The notes beneath the pieces were generated by a model. That model saw only the letters and a list, made by a program, of their open reading frames with translations. It made no database searches and was not told the origin of the DNA. A program made the position numbers and the translations under genes. Shown here in pieces: positions 47,343-58,318 of a stretch of 64,000 nucleotides of DNA. The stretch is taken from contig JBHHYN010000003.1 of the NCBI GenBank assembly GCA_046757565.1, positions 4,009-68,008 on the forward strand. Reading direction: 5' to 3'. Within the stretch, counting starts at the first letter, position 1, and each line of letters starts with the position of its first letter. The stretch comes from Gammaproteobacteria bacterium. Its GTDB lineage: Bacteria; Pseudomonadota; Gammaproteobacteria; Eutrophobiales; Eutrophobiaceae.

Positions 47343-48333
47343 CGTAATGAAGGATGAGCAATTTATCAGTATTAACGGCCTTGCCGGACCATTAGTTCAA
47401 TCATTAATCGCTGATGCCGCAAGTCTGCGGCTGCTGGTCTCAAAACTGGAAAATGGGGCCACCATTGTCGATGCAGGCATTGAGTCTGTCGGCAGCCTGG
47501 AGGCGGGCAGGCGCATTGCCGGGATCTGCCTTGGCGGCCTCGGGACAGTCAGGCTGCGCTCATCGGCCAATTCGGAACGATGGCCGTGGCATGTCGATGT
47601 CCATGCCTCCAATCCGGTATTGGCCTGTTTGGCCAGCCAGTACGCCGGCTGGAGTCTGTCCCATGGACACGGCAAGCGGGCGTTCCACGCGCTCGGTTCG
47701 GGACCGGCCCGGGCGCTGGGCAGCAAAGAACCGCTGTTTGAGGAGATCGCCTACCGTGACAAAGCAGACAGCACCTGTCTGGTGCTGGAGGTGGATACCT
47801 GTCCCCCCGTTGAGATTGCCCGGGAAGTGGCGGAAAAGTGCCATGTTGCAGGGGAGAATTTGACCCTGATCCTCACGCCTACCTCCAGCCTCAGCGGCAT
47901 CGTGCAGATTGTCTCCCGGGTGCTGGAGACGGCCTTGCACAAGGCCCATGCGCTGGGTTTCCCGTTGGAAAAGATCGTCGATGGCGCCGGCAGCGCGCCG
48001 TTGTGCCCGCCCGCCGGTGATTTTCTGACTGCCATGGGACGCACCAATGACGCCATACTGTTTGCCGGACACGTACAGCTGTTCGTCGATGCCGGGGATG
48101 TTGAGGCGGCGGAACTGGCGAACCGTCTCCCGAGCAGCGCCTCGGAGGATTTCGGCAAACCTTTCGGTGAGATCTTCAAGGAGGTAAATTATGACTTTTA
48201 CAAGATTGACCCGATGCTGTTCAGCCCGGCAAGCGTTACGGTGAGTACCCTGAAGAGGGGTAAATCTTATCATGCCGGCCGGATCAATCCGGAATTGCTT
48301 GATCGGTCATTTACTGGAGATTTCAGTTGCTAG
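47335..48333 (+). CDS. mch: Methenyltetrahydromethanopterin cyclohydrolase
   Basis: Mch family. Its start ATG overlaps the mtdB stop (ATGA). Confidence 0.8.
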   Translation: MNDVMKDEQFISINGLAGPLVQSLIADAASLRLLVSKLENGATIVDAGIESVGSLEAGRRIAGICLGGLGTVRLRSSANSERWPWHVDVHASNPVLACLASQYAGWSLSHGHGKRAFHALGSGPARALGSKEPLFEEIAYRDKADSTCLVLEVDTCPPVEIAREVAEKCHVAGENLTLILTPTSSLSGIVQIVSRVLETALHKAHALGFPLEKIVDGAGSAPLCPPAGDFLTAMGRTNDAILFAGHVQLFVDAGDVEAAELANRLPSSASEDFGKPFGEIFKEVNYDFYKIDPMLFSPASVTVSTLKRGKSYHAGRINPELLDRSFTGDFSC

Positions 48334-48351
48334 GAGTCTGCCGGATTTAGG

Positions 48352-49188
48352 ATGCGCAGGAATGAACTCGAGGAGGTGGTTTTGGCCAGCTTCAGGGGGG
48401 AAATCGATGCCCTGAAACCGGGTAATGTGAGCCGCTATGCCGGCGGGCACGGTATGAGCTACCAGGATTTTATCCAAAGCGCTGAAGCGGTCGTTCCCAT
48501 ATTGTGCCACTGCGATTACTCTGTAGGCGAGCGTATTCTCGAGAGTGTCGTGGCGACCCGGGAGGTGGCCGGGTGCAATACCAATCTGGGGATGCTGCTT
48601 CTGTATGCCCCGCTGATCAAGGCGTTCGAGGTGAGCGTGGACAGCAGAGATCTGCGGCGGAGCCTTGTTACCACCCTGGCTGCATTGCAACATGCTGATA
48701 CGGAGGCGATATTCGCCGCGATTCGCCTGGCAAACCCGGCCGGGCTTGGACAAGTGGCCCAATATGACGTACATTCTACCACTGAGGCCGATATAATAAC
48801 GGTCATGCAGGCGGCGGCGGACCGTGATCTGATTGCCAGGGAATATGTAACCGGCTTTGAGATCGTCTGTACAACGGGATTTGAGTGCCTGGGTGACTTC
48901 GGCAGGCGCTGGAATAGTGTAGAATGGGCGGCCGTAGCCTGCTACATGACGATTTTGGCGAATTTCCCGGATTCCCACATCCGCAGGAAATTCGGAATTG
49001 AAGCCGCCGAGCGTGTCAGGGCACAATCTGTTCCGATGCTGAAGCGGTTACAAAAGAACAAGAAGCCGGACAGCGCCATACCGATGCTGCTGGCATACGA
49101 TAAGGAGCTTAAAGAGTCGAAACTAAATCCAGGCGCTTGTGCAGACCTGACTGCGGCAAGCCTCCTGTTTTACAACTTGAGTACCTGA
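48352..49188 (+). CDS. Triphosphoribosyl-dephospho-CoA synthase-like protein (CitG/MdcB family; H4MPT-linked)
   Basis: 278 aa CitG-like protein, as found in methylotroph H4MPT clusters. Confidence 0.65.
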   Translation: MRRNELEEVVLASFRGEIDALKPGNVSRYAGGHGMSYQDFIQSAEAVVPILCHCDYSVGERILESVVATREVAGCNTNLGMLLLYAPLIKAFEVSVDSRDLRRSLVTTLAALQHADTEAIFAAIRLANPAGLGQVAQYDVHSTTEADIITVMQAAADRDLIAREYVTGFEIVCTTGFECLGDFGRRWNSVEWAAVACYMTILANFPDSHIRRKFGIEAAERVRAQSVPMLKRLQKNKKPDSAIPMLLAYDKELKESKLNPGACADLTAASLLFYNLST

Positions 49189-49339
49189 TCAATTTCAGGG
49201 ATTGCCGGCCTGTAGCCGTGTCATCCTGCGGACCGGTATGGCGGAGGGCTGTTCGCAGCGTCATGGCTTCATGACGGGAATTCAGCGATGTCTATACTGA
49301 AAAAACTTATTGATTTTTTTAACCGGAGGAGAAAGAAAA

Positions 49340-49852
49340 ATGGCAGTTATCGATAGAGTATTAATAGGTGAGGCACTGGTAGGTGACGGTAACGAGGTTG
49401 CCCATATCGATTTGATGATGGGTCCGCGCGGCAGTGCGGCGGAAACGGCCTTTTGTAATGCACTGACCAACAACAAGGACGGTTTCAGTACCTTAATGGC
49501 TGTGGTTGCGCCAAACCTTGCGTGTAAACCCAACACCATCCTGTTTAACAAGGTGACGATTAAAGGGGCAACCCAGGCGGTCCAGATGTTTGGTCCTGCC
49601 CAGCGCGCCGTTGCCATGGCAGTGATGGATTGCGTTGAAGACGGCACCATCCCCGCGGATGAGGCCGATGATATCTTCATCAGTGTCGGTGTCTTCATCC
49701 ATTGGCTGGCTGAAGACGGCGCCAAGATCCAGGATTACAACTATGAGGCAACCAAGTTATCAATCAAGCGTGCCGTCGCCCGTGAGCCCAAGGCCTCTGA
49801 GGTCCTCAGCAAACGTGGTTCTGCTGATCACCCGTTTGCGGCACATTCATAG
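49340..49852 (+). CDS. fae: Formaldehyde-activating enzyme
   Basis: Near-canonical Fae sequence ([56 protein letters not shown]). The ATG at 49340 follows a GGAGGAGA SD. Confidence 0.95.
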   Translation: MAVIDRVLIGEALVGDGNEVAHIDLMMGPRGSAAETAFCNALTNNKDGFSTLMAVVAPNLACKPNTILFNKVTIKGATQAVQMFGPAQRAVAMAVMDCVEDGTIPADEADDIFISVGVFIHWLAEDGAKIQDYNYEATKLSIKRAVAREPKASEVLSKRGSADHPFAAHS

Positions 49853-49891
49853 TCCTTTCACATTCCAGGTTGGATGTTCCAACCAACAACA

Positions 49892-49920
49892 CGCCCCGGC
49901 CTATGCCGGGGTTTTTATTT
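49892..49920 (+). terminator. Rho-independent terminator after fae
   Basis: CGCCCCGGCCTATGCCGGGG stem-loop followed by TTTTTATTT. Confidence 0.8.
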
Positions 49921-50074
49921 ACAGGATGTAATGTATGCCGTGGGTGCATGGATGCACAGGACGCATATATGGATATATGCGGTTGATTACGTCTGGAACG
50001 AGTAATCTAGCGGCGATTTACAGGATGTAGAAATGTGCCTGGAACAATGTTGAGGAGTCTGCAGCAGCGAATTT

Positions 50075-50767
50075 TCAGGACCGATACTTATGCAAGGTCT
50101 CGACACTAATTTTGTTATTATGCAGCGCAGTTGCCAATAGGGCACCCGAGATCCCCCTGGAGCAGAGCTGTTCCAGGTCCTGTTCATTGCGGACCCCGCC
50201 GGCTGTAAACAGGTTTTTTCCGGGGACAATGGAGTTGATGTAGCGCAGCAGGTCCATTTCCGGGCCCATGCCCGACCCGACCCGGTGTAACGCCATAATA
50301 ATGATGTCCTGCGGCCAGCACAGCGGCTGTTCCAGCAGATCTGCATCGCCTTTTAAGACCCGGCCGGTAAAATCCAGAGAAAGGATAATCTTACGGTTGG
50401 CATGACCACAGTCGGCAAGTTGCCGGCAACCGATGCCTGTCTCACTGCCGATAACGGGCCGCAGGCGGTCATGGGAAAACAGATAGTCAGCAAAATTGTT
50501 ACCGGCGTCGATCCAGAAGCTCAGCCCGGGAAAATTACGGTGTAGTGCGTCGATCACCCGCCTGTTGTCGCCCTTACCTTGAATGGCGTCCAGATCGGCC
50601 ACATACAGGGTGGTAAAAGGGTAGAGTGACAGATACGCCCGGACAACAGCGTCCACGTCGGCCTGCGGAGACAGTAGCGATTGGACCGGTTTGTATTCCT
50701 CACGTCTGCCGGCACGGGCAAGGACGGCAATTCCATCACGAATATCGATTACAGGTATAATGAGCAT
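50075..50767 (-). CDS. HisA/HisF-family (beta/alpha)8 barrel protein of the H4MPT cofactor island
   Basis: MLIIPVIDIRDG N-terminus typical of HisA-like barrels, and a C-terminal GG phosphate-binding motif. Start chosen at the internal ATG 50767. Confidence 0.65.
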   Translation of the reverse strand: MLIIPVIDIRDGIAVLARAGRREEYKPVQSLLSPQADVDAVVRAYLSLYPFTTLYVADLDAIQGKGDNRRVIDALHRNFPGLSFWIDAGNNFADYLFSHDRLRPVIGSETGIGCRQLADCGHANRKIILSLDFTGRVLKGDADLLEQPLCWPQDIIIMALHRVGSGMGPEMDLLRYINSIVPGKNLFTAGGVRNEQDLEQLCSRGISGALLATALHNNKISVETLHKYRS

Positions 50768-50860
50768 GAAACAGAAACTCCAGGTTAGCGTCATTGTGAC
50801 GTACCCGGGGAGAAGAATGAAGTGGCTCAATTCAATCGCCGGAACTTCTAACTTATTCGA

Positions 50861-51856
50861 ATGCGCCTGTTTGTCTGTGAATATATTACCTGCGGGGGAA
50901 TGAGGGACCAGGAACTGCGTGCATCGCTCAGGTTCGATGGCGAGACCATGTTGCAGGCGCTCATGACCGATCTGAGGGTCCTTGCCGGCATTGATATCAT
51001 CTCGACACGTGATGACAGGTTGGAGAATTTGCCTGAATCGATCGCCGCTATTGGCATCAACGACAATGTCCGGGACATCTGGACATCATGCATGCAGGCC
51101 GCGGATGCCGTCTGGGTCATTGCCCCTGAGAGCGGTGGTCTGTTGGCCACTATGCATAAACTGGCGCTCGATTCAGGTTGCGGTTTTGTCGGTTGCAATA
51201 CATCGGCCATGCACATCGCAGCCAGTAAATCCAGGACAGCCGAGGCCCTGTCAACATGCGCTATCCCGTGTATCGAAACCTTTCTTCCAGGCGGGCAACT
51301 TCCCCGGAGTAACACCGGCTGGGTAGTTAAACCCGATGACGGAGCCGGTTCGGAGGATTGCTATTTTTTTGAAAAGAAGCAGCAGTTGCGAAAGTGGTGG
51401 GAGGAAAATCGTACACAACAGCCGTTTGTCGTTCAGAGATATGTGCCAGGTTTAGCGGCAAGTGTGTCGGCGCTGTATGATAACGGCCGGGCCCTGCTGC
51501 TCTCCTGTAATGAGCAGTTATTCCAGTTTGAGGATGGCCGTGGAAGAAACCGCGGTGTCGTGGTAAATGGTTTGAGGCAACATCGGAGCGTATTCGAAGA
51601 CATTGCGATCCAGGTCGGCAAGGCGATTCCGGGATTATGGGGCTATATCGGTATCGATCTGATCCTGACAAAATCCGGTCCCGTCGTGGTGGAAATCAAT
51701 CCCCGCTTGACAACCTCTTATGCCGGCCTGAGCAAGTCATTGGGGCTCAATGTTGCAGAACTCATCCTGCAATTCTTTAATGGACAGGGACTATTTGAAT
51801 TCCCTCGAATAAAAGCGGGCGTGACCACTGTCGAAATGTATGCGGGCAATGACTGA
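50861..51856 (+). CDS. ATP-grasp domain protein (methanopterin/methanofuran-cofactor ligase-like)
   Basis: ATP-grasp fold elements and its position within the H4MPT island. Confidence 0.6.
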   Translation: MRLFVCEYITCGGMRDQELRASLRFDGETMLQALMTDLRVLAGIDIISTRDDRLENLPESIAAIGINDNVRDIWTSCMQAADAVWVIAPESGGLLATMHKLALDSGCGFVGCNTSAMHIAASKSRTAEALSTCAIPCIETFLPGGQLPRSNTGWVVKPDDGAGSEDCYFFEKKQQLRKWWEENRTQQPFVVQRYVPGLAASVSALYDNGRALLLSCNEQLFQFEDGRGRNRGVVVNGLRQHRSVFEDIAIQVGKAIPGLWGYIGIDLILTKSGPVVVEINPRLTTSYAGLSKSLGLNVAELILQFFNGQGLFEFPRIKAGVTTVEMYAGND

Positions 51857-52901
51857 TCGAAATTATATTGGCTGGGATATCGGTGGAGCCCATCTGAAAA
51901 TGGCGCATATTGACGGCCGGGGCAGGAGTCTCCGCGCCGAACAATTTGCGACGCCACTCTGGCAGGGACTGGAGCCGCTGGTCCAGGCGTTGCAGGAGGT
52001 TAAAAAAAAGTTGCCGGACACGAAGCTCAGCCATGCGGTCACTACTACCGGTGAACTGGCCGATTGCTTTCCAGACCGCAAAACGGGTGTATGCACCCTG
52101 GTTGAGCGGATTTCATCGATATTTGATAATAGTCAGGTGCTGGTTTATGCCGGTGCGGGTGGGTTCATTCCGGTAAACCAGGCGGGCGATCGCTATCGCC
52201 AGGTCGCTTCCGCCAACTGGCATGCGACCACGCAATTCGTTGCCCGTCACTACGGTTCCGGCGTGCTCATGGATATCGGCAGCAGCACGGTGGATATCGT
52301 TCCTTTTCAGCAAGGCAGCCTGTGCTGTCGTGGCCATACCGATGAAGAGCGGCTCCGATATAATGAACTGGTTTATAGCGGCATCGTCCGCACGCCGCTG
52401 ATGGCCATCACCGGCCAGGTCCCTTATGCAGGTGAGTGGCAGCCGTTGGCGGCGGAAAACTTTGCCTGCACGGCGGATATCTACCGGTTGACCGGCGAAT
52501 TGAACGAGTTTGACGATATGATGGTTCCTGCCGATGGTGGCGGCAAGACGGTCACCGATAGTGCGCGGCGGCTCGCCAGAATGGTGGGGGTGGACATCGA
52601 CCCGGCGGCATCGCTTGCAGAGTGGCGCCGGCCGGCACGCTATATTGCAGAACAACAGTTGCAGACAATCAGTTGCGCGCTGCATCGGGTGATGTCAGCA
52701 GCCGGTCTTAACGAGGGAACAACGTTGGTTGGCGCGGGTTGTGGCCGTTTTCTCGTGCGTAAACTGGCACAGCGCCATGCGTGTCATTACGCTGATTTTG
52801 AGGAGATATTATACGAGCCCGATAAAATGCCGGGCGCGGCCGGCAACTGCGCTACGGCAATCTCTGTAGCGCAACTGGCGAGATTGGCCGAGCACCCATG
52901 A
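51849..52901 (+). CDS. H4MPT-linked C1-transfer pathway protein, hydantoinase/oxoprolinase-like ATPase family
   Basis: YIGWDIGGAHLK N-terminal actin-like ATPase motif; conserved companion gene of H4MPT clusters. Confidence 0.6.
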   Translation: MTDRNYIGWDIGGAHLKMAHIDGRGRSLRAEQFATPLWQGLEPLVQALQEVKKKLPDTKLSHAVTTTGELADCFPDRKTGVCTLVERISSIFDNSQVLVYAGAGGFIPVNQAGDRYRQVASANWHATTQFVARHYGSGVLMDIGSSTVDIVPFQQGSLCCRGHTDEERLRYNELVYSGIVRTPLMAITGQVPYAGEWQPLAAENFACTADIYRLTGELNEFDDMMVPADGGGKTVTDSARRLARMVGVDIDPAASLAEWRRPARYIAEQQLQTISCALHRVMSAAGLNEGTTLVGAGCGRFLVRKLAQRHACHYADFEEILYEPDKMPGAAGNCATAISVAQLARLAEHP

Positions 52902-54277
52902 AATTGGCCGAGCTTCCCTATTACCGGGATTCCGCCGGACTCTTCAGTCTCATTGCCTCCGAACCCTGGAGCATTTATCTCGATAGTTGCTATCCCTATA
53001 GCGATTCCGGGCGTTTTGATATCATCTCCACGCGACCTTACAAGACCTTTGCCACGTATGGGATGGATACCTATGTGGATGATGGTCAGCAGGTCAGGTG
53101 TTTCCAGGATGACCCCTTCGAACTGATAAAAGCCGCCATCGGAGAGATCACGGGCAATCTCACGGGCCTGCCTTTTTGTGGCGGCGCCATGGGCTATTTC
53201 GGTTATGACCTGGGCCGGCGGATAGAGTCGTTGCCGGTTATAGCGGTGCAGGACATCGATGCCCCCGATATGGCCGTCGGACTCTATGACTGGGCCGTCA
53301 TTGTCGACCACCATAAACGCCGCTCCTGGTTGATCGGGCAGGGCCGGGACGCTGCTACTGAAGTGCAATGGCAAGCATTACAGGAGTTGTTTCAGGCTCG
53401 GGAAAGCTCTTCCACAGCCGGATTTCAAGTGCGTTCCGAAATCCACTCGAACCTGGACAAGGCAAGTTATGCCAGGGCGTTCCGCAGAATAAAAGAATAC
53501 ATACGAGAGGGAGATTGTTATCAGGTCAATCTGGCGCAACGCTTCTCGGTAGACCTGGAAGGCGACCTCTGGGAGCTCTATCTGCAGCTACGCAGGAACA
53601 ATCCGGCGCCTTTCGCCTGTTATTTAAAGTTGCCGGACGGATGCGTACTGAGTTCCTCGCCGGAACGATTCCTGAGTGTCGTCAACGGGCAGGTCGAGAC
53701 CAAGCCCATTAAAGGCACCATCCGCCGCTCGATCTTCGCCTATGAAGACAAGGCCCTGGCGGAGAAACTGCTGGAGAGCGAAAAGGACAGGGCGGAAAAC
53801 CTGATGATTGTGGATCTGTTACGTAACGATATCGGTAAAAATTGTGCCACGGGTAGTGTCACCGTGCCAAAACTGTTTGCCCTCGAAAGCTATGCCAGTA
53901 TCCATCACCTGGTCAGCACCATCAGCGGTCAACTGAAGCGTGATCGACATGTTCTGGATCTGCTGCGTGGCTGTTTCCCGGGGGGTTCGATAACCGGAGC
54001 ACCCAAATTACGCGCCATGCAGATTATTGAGGAGCTGGAGCCCCACCGGCGCAACATTTATTGTGGCGCGATTGCCTATATTGGCTACGATGGCAATATG
54101 GACAGCAATATTGCCATACGCACACTGCTTGCTTACCGGGACAAGGTACATATCTGGGCGGGAGGCGGCATTGTCGCCGATTCAGTTCTGGAAGTGGAAT
54201 ACCAGGAGTGTTTTGAAAAGGCCGCTGCAATCCTGAAACTGTTTGAACGGAAAAGCGACCGGGATGTGGGTCGTTAA
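52898..54277 (+). CDS. pabB: Aminodeoxychorismate synthase component I (PabB)
   Basis: Chorismate-binding enzyme motifs (PFACYLKL, SSPERF, GAIAYIGYDGNMDSNIAIRT, GGGIVADS). Confidence 0.8.
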   Translation: MKLAELPYYRDSAGLFSLIASEPWSIYLDSCYPYSDSGRFDIISTRPYKTFATYGMDTYVDDGQQVRCFQDDPFELIKAAIGEITGNLTGLPFCGGAMGYFGYDLGRRIESLPVIAVQDIDAPDMAVGLYDWAVIVDHHKRRSWLIGQGRDAATEVQWQALQELFQARESSSTAGFQVRSEIHSNLDKASYARAFRRIKEYIREGDCYQVNLAQRFSVDLEGDLWELYLQLRRNNPAPFACYLKLPDGCVLSSSPERFLSVVNGQVETKPIKGTIRRSIFAYEDKALAEKLLESEKDRAENLMIVDLLRNDIGKNCATGSVTVPKLFALESYASIHHLVSTISGQLKRDRHVLDLLRGCFPGGSITGAPKLRAMQIIEELEPHRRNIYCGAIAYIGYDGNMDSNIAIRTLLAYRDKVHIWAGGGIVADSVLEVEYQECFEKAAAILKLFERKSDRDVGR

Positions 54278-54875
54278 ACTGGGCGGAAGCCTGCAGCAGA
54301 CATCCAGCCGTCTGGATGAATGGTTGAATATTCTCTCGGATTATGGTGGCGGCAAGGTGATTATCGTCCCTGGCGGAGGGCGTTTTGCCGGGCAGGTCAG
54401 AAGTATGCAGTCATCCTGGGGATTTGGTGATGTGACGGCGCACAGGATGGCTCTCCTGGGCATGCAGCAATTCGCCTATATGTTGCTGGGTCTGGAAACA
54501 CGCCTGCACCCGGCCGGATCAAACGATGAAATAATGTATTGTCTGCAACATGATAAGGTGCCTGTATGGTTGCCTTATGAGATGATTGTGAACAACGAAC
54601 AGATCCCTGCTTCATGGGAGATGAGCGCTGACAGCCTGGCACTATGGCTGGCCGGACAGCTGCAGGCGGAACATCTGGTGCTGATAAAATCAGTGAAACT
54701 CCCGAATAGCGCCTTTTCAATCGAACAGTTGTCAGACAGTGGTTTGCTCGATGCATGTTTTCCCGGCCTATTGCAGGACGTGAACATACCTGTGACATGG
54801 CTGGCCCGGGATGAGCAAGCCGTGATGACAGCGGCATTGCAACAGAACAGGCTTCCCAATCATCCCTTTTTTTGA
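54264..54875 (+). CDS. Amino-acid-kinase-fold protein of the cofactor island
   Basis: MWVVKLGGSL is an amino-acid kinase family N-terminus. It overlaps the pabB stop. Confidence 0.6.
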   Translation: MWVVKLGGSLQQTSSRLDEWLNILSDYGGGKVIIVPGGGRFAGQVRSMQSSWGFGDVTAHRMALLGMQQFAYMLLGLETRLHPAGSNDEIMYCLQHDKVPVWLPYEMIVNNEQIPASWEMSADSLALWLAGQLQAEHLVLIKSVKLPNSAFSIEQLSDSGLLDACFPGLLQDVNIPVTWLARDEQAVMTAALQQNRLPNHPFF

Positions 54876-55201
54876 CGCTTAATGAGCAATTTATAATCTG
54901 CCGGCATACACAGGCGCCGGTAATCCGCAACAGGGTGACGTACGGGTTGACCCGCTTCCACTTTAAATCTCCTACCTGTTCAAGCAGATGCAGTGATTGA
55001 ACAGGTGGCACGGCCGGGCGTCACGGGAAGCTTTAAGTGAATCAGAGGTTGCTTAAAAAATAGCTTAAAGAAATTGCTGTTTCTGTCGTTAACCCCCTGT
55101 AACAGATGGTTGTAATCATTCCGGGGGTGGTGAGATTTGAGGCATGAACCCCGTTGGAGAGATGATAAAAAAAGTTAATTTACAGGTTTTGGAGAGAGCT
55201 A

Positions 55202-56404
55202 ATGTTTGACTTTTTCAGATGGTATTCCTTACGTTACCAGATGTATATCCTGGCGGGTATTAACTCATTCAGTTTCCTGATCGTGAGTATCTATCTATGG
55301 GTGAAAATACCTCCAGAATCGGCCCTGCACGCAGTAGTCACCGGGGTTAGCGTCCTCGAGATACTTACCTTGGTAGGGATTTTTTATATCGCACACTTTA
55401 TGGGTAAGATGAACGCCGGACGGGCGGAGGAAATCGTCGCGGCCCTGGGCGCCATGGCAAAAGGTGACCTGACAAAAAAAATCGACCTACGGGGTAAAGA
55501 TGAATTTGCCTGGATGTGCTGGGAATATACAAAGGCCCGCAAGGGGTTTAGCGAAGTGGTGAAACGGGTGATTAGCGATTCTACCCATCTGGCTTCAGCG
55601 GCGGAAGAGCTGTCTGCGATTACGTCCCAGGGGTCGCAGGGCGTTGCCCGTCAACAGGGTGAAATTCAACAGGTAGCGGCTGCAACGGAAGAGATGTCCG
55701 CGACCGTGCAGGAAGTGGCTAAAAACGCAGCCAATGCCGCCACGGCCGCGCAGGAAGCCGATGAACAGTCCAAGAACGGTTTTAAGGTCGTAAGCAAATC
55801 AGTAGACACCATTCATTCGCTGGCGCAGGAGGTACAACGGACTTCTGAAGTGATCGAAAGGCTTAAGGGTGATTGCATCAGTATTGGGACAGTCCTCGAT
55901 GTTATCCGCGATATAGCGGAGCAGACGAATTTGCTGGCCCTGAATGCGGCGATTGAAGCTGCCCGGGCCGGCGAGCAGGGCAGGGGGTTCGCCGTGGTGG
56001 CCGATGAGGTCCGTACCCTGGCAAGCCGTACCCAGCATTCCACCCAGGAGATTCATGAAATGATCGAACGTCTGCAGGTAGGTTCCAATGAGGCGGTCAT
56101 GGCGATGGAAAAGGGCAGGGAGAAGGCGAATGCTAGTGTCGAGCAGGCGGCCAAGGCCGGTGAAGCGCTGGAGGCAATTACAGCAGTTGTTGACCGGATC
56201 AAGTCCATGAACATGCAGATCGCAAGCGCTGCCGAGGAACAGAGTGCAACAACAGAAGAGATTAACCGAAACATTGTTACCATCAGTGATGTGGCCAAGG
56301 AATCGGCAACAGGCGCGCAGCAAATGGCCGGTTCCAGTGATGATCTGGCGCGGCTTGCACTGGAATTACAGGAACAGGTTGCGGAATTCCATGTGCTGGA
56401 TTGA
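55202..56404 (+). CDS. Methyl-accepting chemotaxis protein (two TM helices, HAMP, MA domain; no periplasmic sensor domain)
   Basis: MCP signalling domain ([31 protein letters not shown]) and methylation heptads. Confidence 0.85.
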   Translation: MFDFFRWYSLRYQMYILAGINSFSFLIVSIYLWVKIPPESALHAVVTGVSVLEILTLVGIFYIAHFMGKMNAGRAEEIVAALGAMAKGDLTKKIDLRGKDEFAWMCWEYTKARKGFSEVVKRVISDSTHLASAAEELSAITSQGSQGVARQQGEIQQVAAATEEMSATVQEVAKNAANAATAAQEADEQSKNGFKVVSKSVDTIHSLAQEVQRTSEVIERLKGDCISIGTVLDVIRDIAEQTNLLALNAAIEAARAGEQGRGFAVVADEVRTLASRTQHSTQEIHEMIERLQVGSNEAVMAMEKGREKANASVEQAAKAGEALEAITAVVDRIKSMNMQIASAAEEQSATTEEINRNIVTISDVAKESATGAQQMAGSSDDLARLALELQEQVAEFHVLD

Positions 56405-56691
56405 CCCGCATTGCTGAAAAAGAAACGGGCGACGGGTGCTTCTCTAATCGTCGGTCTGGTTGACCAGCGGGTCCTGCAATGGGTGTAGAGTCTCTTTATC
56501 CAGTAACGAGATGGCTCTCTCTGCGGCAGGCAGGCCAAACTCCAGGGCGATGCGGTAACAATCGAGCAGGTCGATACCCTTACTGTTGTTTTCCTTCATT
56601 TGTGCTATACCTGATAGTAAATTAAGAATACTCCGGTTGATGCGAAGCGTTTCATAAAATAATGCAGACCGATTCAGATCGGCCTGCCTGA

Positions 56692-56997
56692 GAATAAGAA
56701 GGCCCGGTATCCGAAAGAGGTTGGAGATACCAGGCAATAGCCAAGCCTCCAGCTCGGCTGGCCGCTAAGGAGCGGTCACGGTAAAATCGATGTTCACGTC
56801 GCAGTGAAACCCCACACTCCTCCCGTCCGCTATTCGCCAGGGCGAATAGCCCTGTATGACAAAACATAATGTAAACCTGCCCGGACTGGTTTGCATTGGA
56901 ATAAGAAGGCCTGGTATCCGGAAGAGGCTGGAGATACCAGGCAAGAGCCAAGCCTCCAGCCTGGCTTCCCGCTAAGGAGCGGTCACGGTAAAATCGT
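56692..56997. repeat. Two ~98-nt direct repeats (56692-56789 and 56899-56997, about 90% identical), each carrying internal hairpins, downstream of nrdB
   Basis: Seen directly. Each copy reads GAATAAGAAGGCC(C/T)GGTATCCG(A/G)AAGAGG(T/C)TGGAGATACCAGGCAA(T/G)AGCCAAGCCTCCAGC..GCTAAGGAGCGGTCACGGTAAAATCG. A perfect 10-bp-stem hairpin, GCTATTCGCCAGGGCGAATAGC, sits between the two copies. Confidence 0.85.
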
Positions 56998-57010
56998 TGC
57001 CGGGAGGTCA

Positions 57011-58258
57011 TCATTCCCAACTTAACGTCCCCCCCGTCTGATATTCGGTAACGCGGGTCTCAAAAAAATTCTTTTCCTTCTTCAGATCGATTACCTCGCT
57101 CATCCAGGGAAATGGATTGGAGGCCCCCGGATACTGCTCCGGCAGACCGATCTGGGCATAGCGCCGGTTCGCGATAAACTGCAGGTAGTCTTCGAAGATA
57201 TTGGCGTTCAGGCCCAGTACGCCTCTGGGCATGCTGTCATAGGCATAACGCGTCTCCAGATCAACCGCATCCCGGATCATGGTAATCACTTCCTGCTGGA
57301 AGTCATCACTCCACAGACGGGGATTTTCTATCTTGATCTGATTGATCACATCGATTCCGAAATTCAGATGCATGGATTCATCCCGGAGAATGTACTGGAA
57401 CTGCTCGGCGCAACCGGTCATCTTGTTGCGGCGGCCCATCGACAGCACCTGTATGAAACCCACATAGAAAAATATTCCTTCAAAGATGACATAGAAGGCG
57501 ATCAGGTCGCGCAACAGGCGCTGATCATCTTTAATCGAGCCGGTATGGAAAGTTGGGTCCCCGAGGCTTTTTGTGAAACGCATGGCCCACTGGGCCTTGT
57601 CGTGTATTGAGGGTATCTCACGGTACATGTTGAACACTTCGGCTTCATCCAGCCCCAGGGATTCGACGCAGTATTGATAGGCATGGGTATGCAATGCCTC
57701 TTCGAACGCCTGCCGCAGCAGGTATTGGCGGCACTCAGGATTGGTGATGTGCCGGTAGACTGCAAGTACCAGGTTATTCGCAACCAGCGAATCAGCCGAT
57801 GCAAAAAAACCCAGATTACGTTTAATAATCGTGCGCTCGTCATCGCTCAGTCCTGTTGGATTTTTCCACAGGGCAATATCTGCATTCATGTTGATCTCTT
57901 GTGGCATCCAGTGGTTGGCACAGGCATCCAGGTATTTTTGCCAGGCCCATTTGTATTTGAAGGGCACAAGTTGATTGAGATCGGCCCGGCAGTTGATCAT
58001 CTGTTTATCGTCCACGGTAATTCTGGCCGCACCGAATTCCACCGCTTCCAGGCCGGTCAGGTGCGGTCCATCCTCCTCATGGTCAAGCCCTGCCGCGGCA
58101 GGATTTGGATTGACCACCGGTGCCTCTCCAGCAGTGGCCATAAGCACATCATTTTCCTGTAGTCCCATACCGGGATGTACGACCGGGATCCGTGCCGTTT
58201 CTACGACAGCTTTCTTGTTTACACCGTGGCCGGCAATCGGGTCATCCCAAATCAACAT
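57011..58258 (-). CDS. nrdB: Class Ia ribonucleotide reductase beta subunit
   Basis: Di-iron/tyrosyl radical family; 415 aa. Confidence 0.9.
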   Translation of the reverse strand: MLIWDDPIAGHGVNKKAVVETARIPVVHPGMGLQENDVLMATAGEAPVVNPNPAAAGLDHEEDGPHLTGLEAVEFGAARITVDDKQMINCRADLNQLVPFKYKWAWQKYLDACANHWMPQEINMNADIALWKNPTGLSDDERTIIKRNLGFFASADSLVANNLVLAVYRHITNPECRQYLLRQAFEEALHTHAYQYCVESLGLDEAEVFNMYREIPSIHDKAQWAMRFTKSLGDPTFHTGSIKDDQRLLRDLIAFYVIFEGIFFYVGFIQVLSMGRRNKMTGCAEQFQYILRDESMHLNFGIDVINQIKIENPRLWSDDFQQEVITMIRDAVDLETRYAYDSMPRGVLGLNANIFEDYLQFIANRRYAQIGLPEQYPGASNPFPWMSEVIDLKKEKNFFETRVTEYQTGGTLSWE

Positions 58259-58318
58259 TGGTTTATTCCTCCAAAAAAATTTCTACTTTGCACTGTTAAC
58301 CTTTACCATTCACTGCCT

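Noticed and set aside
56652-57020. 122-codon minus-strand ORF containing an internal protein repeat (RFYRDRSLA..GGLA.AWYLQPL)
   Set aside because: The protein repeat is simply the translation of the two ~98-nt DNA direct repeats. There is no SD and no family resemblance, so it is better explained as a non-coding repeat element.
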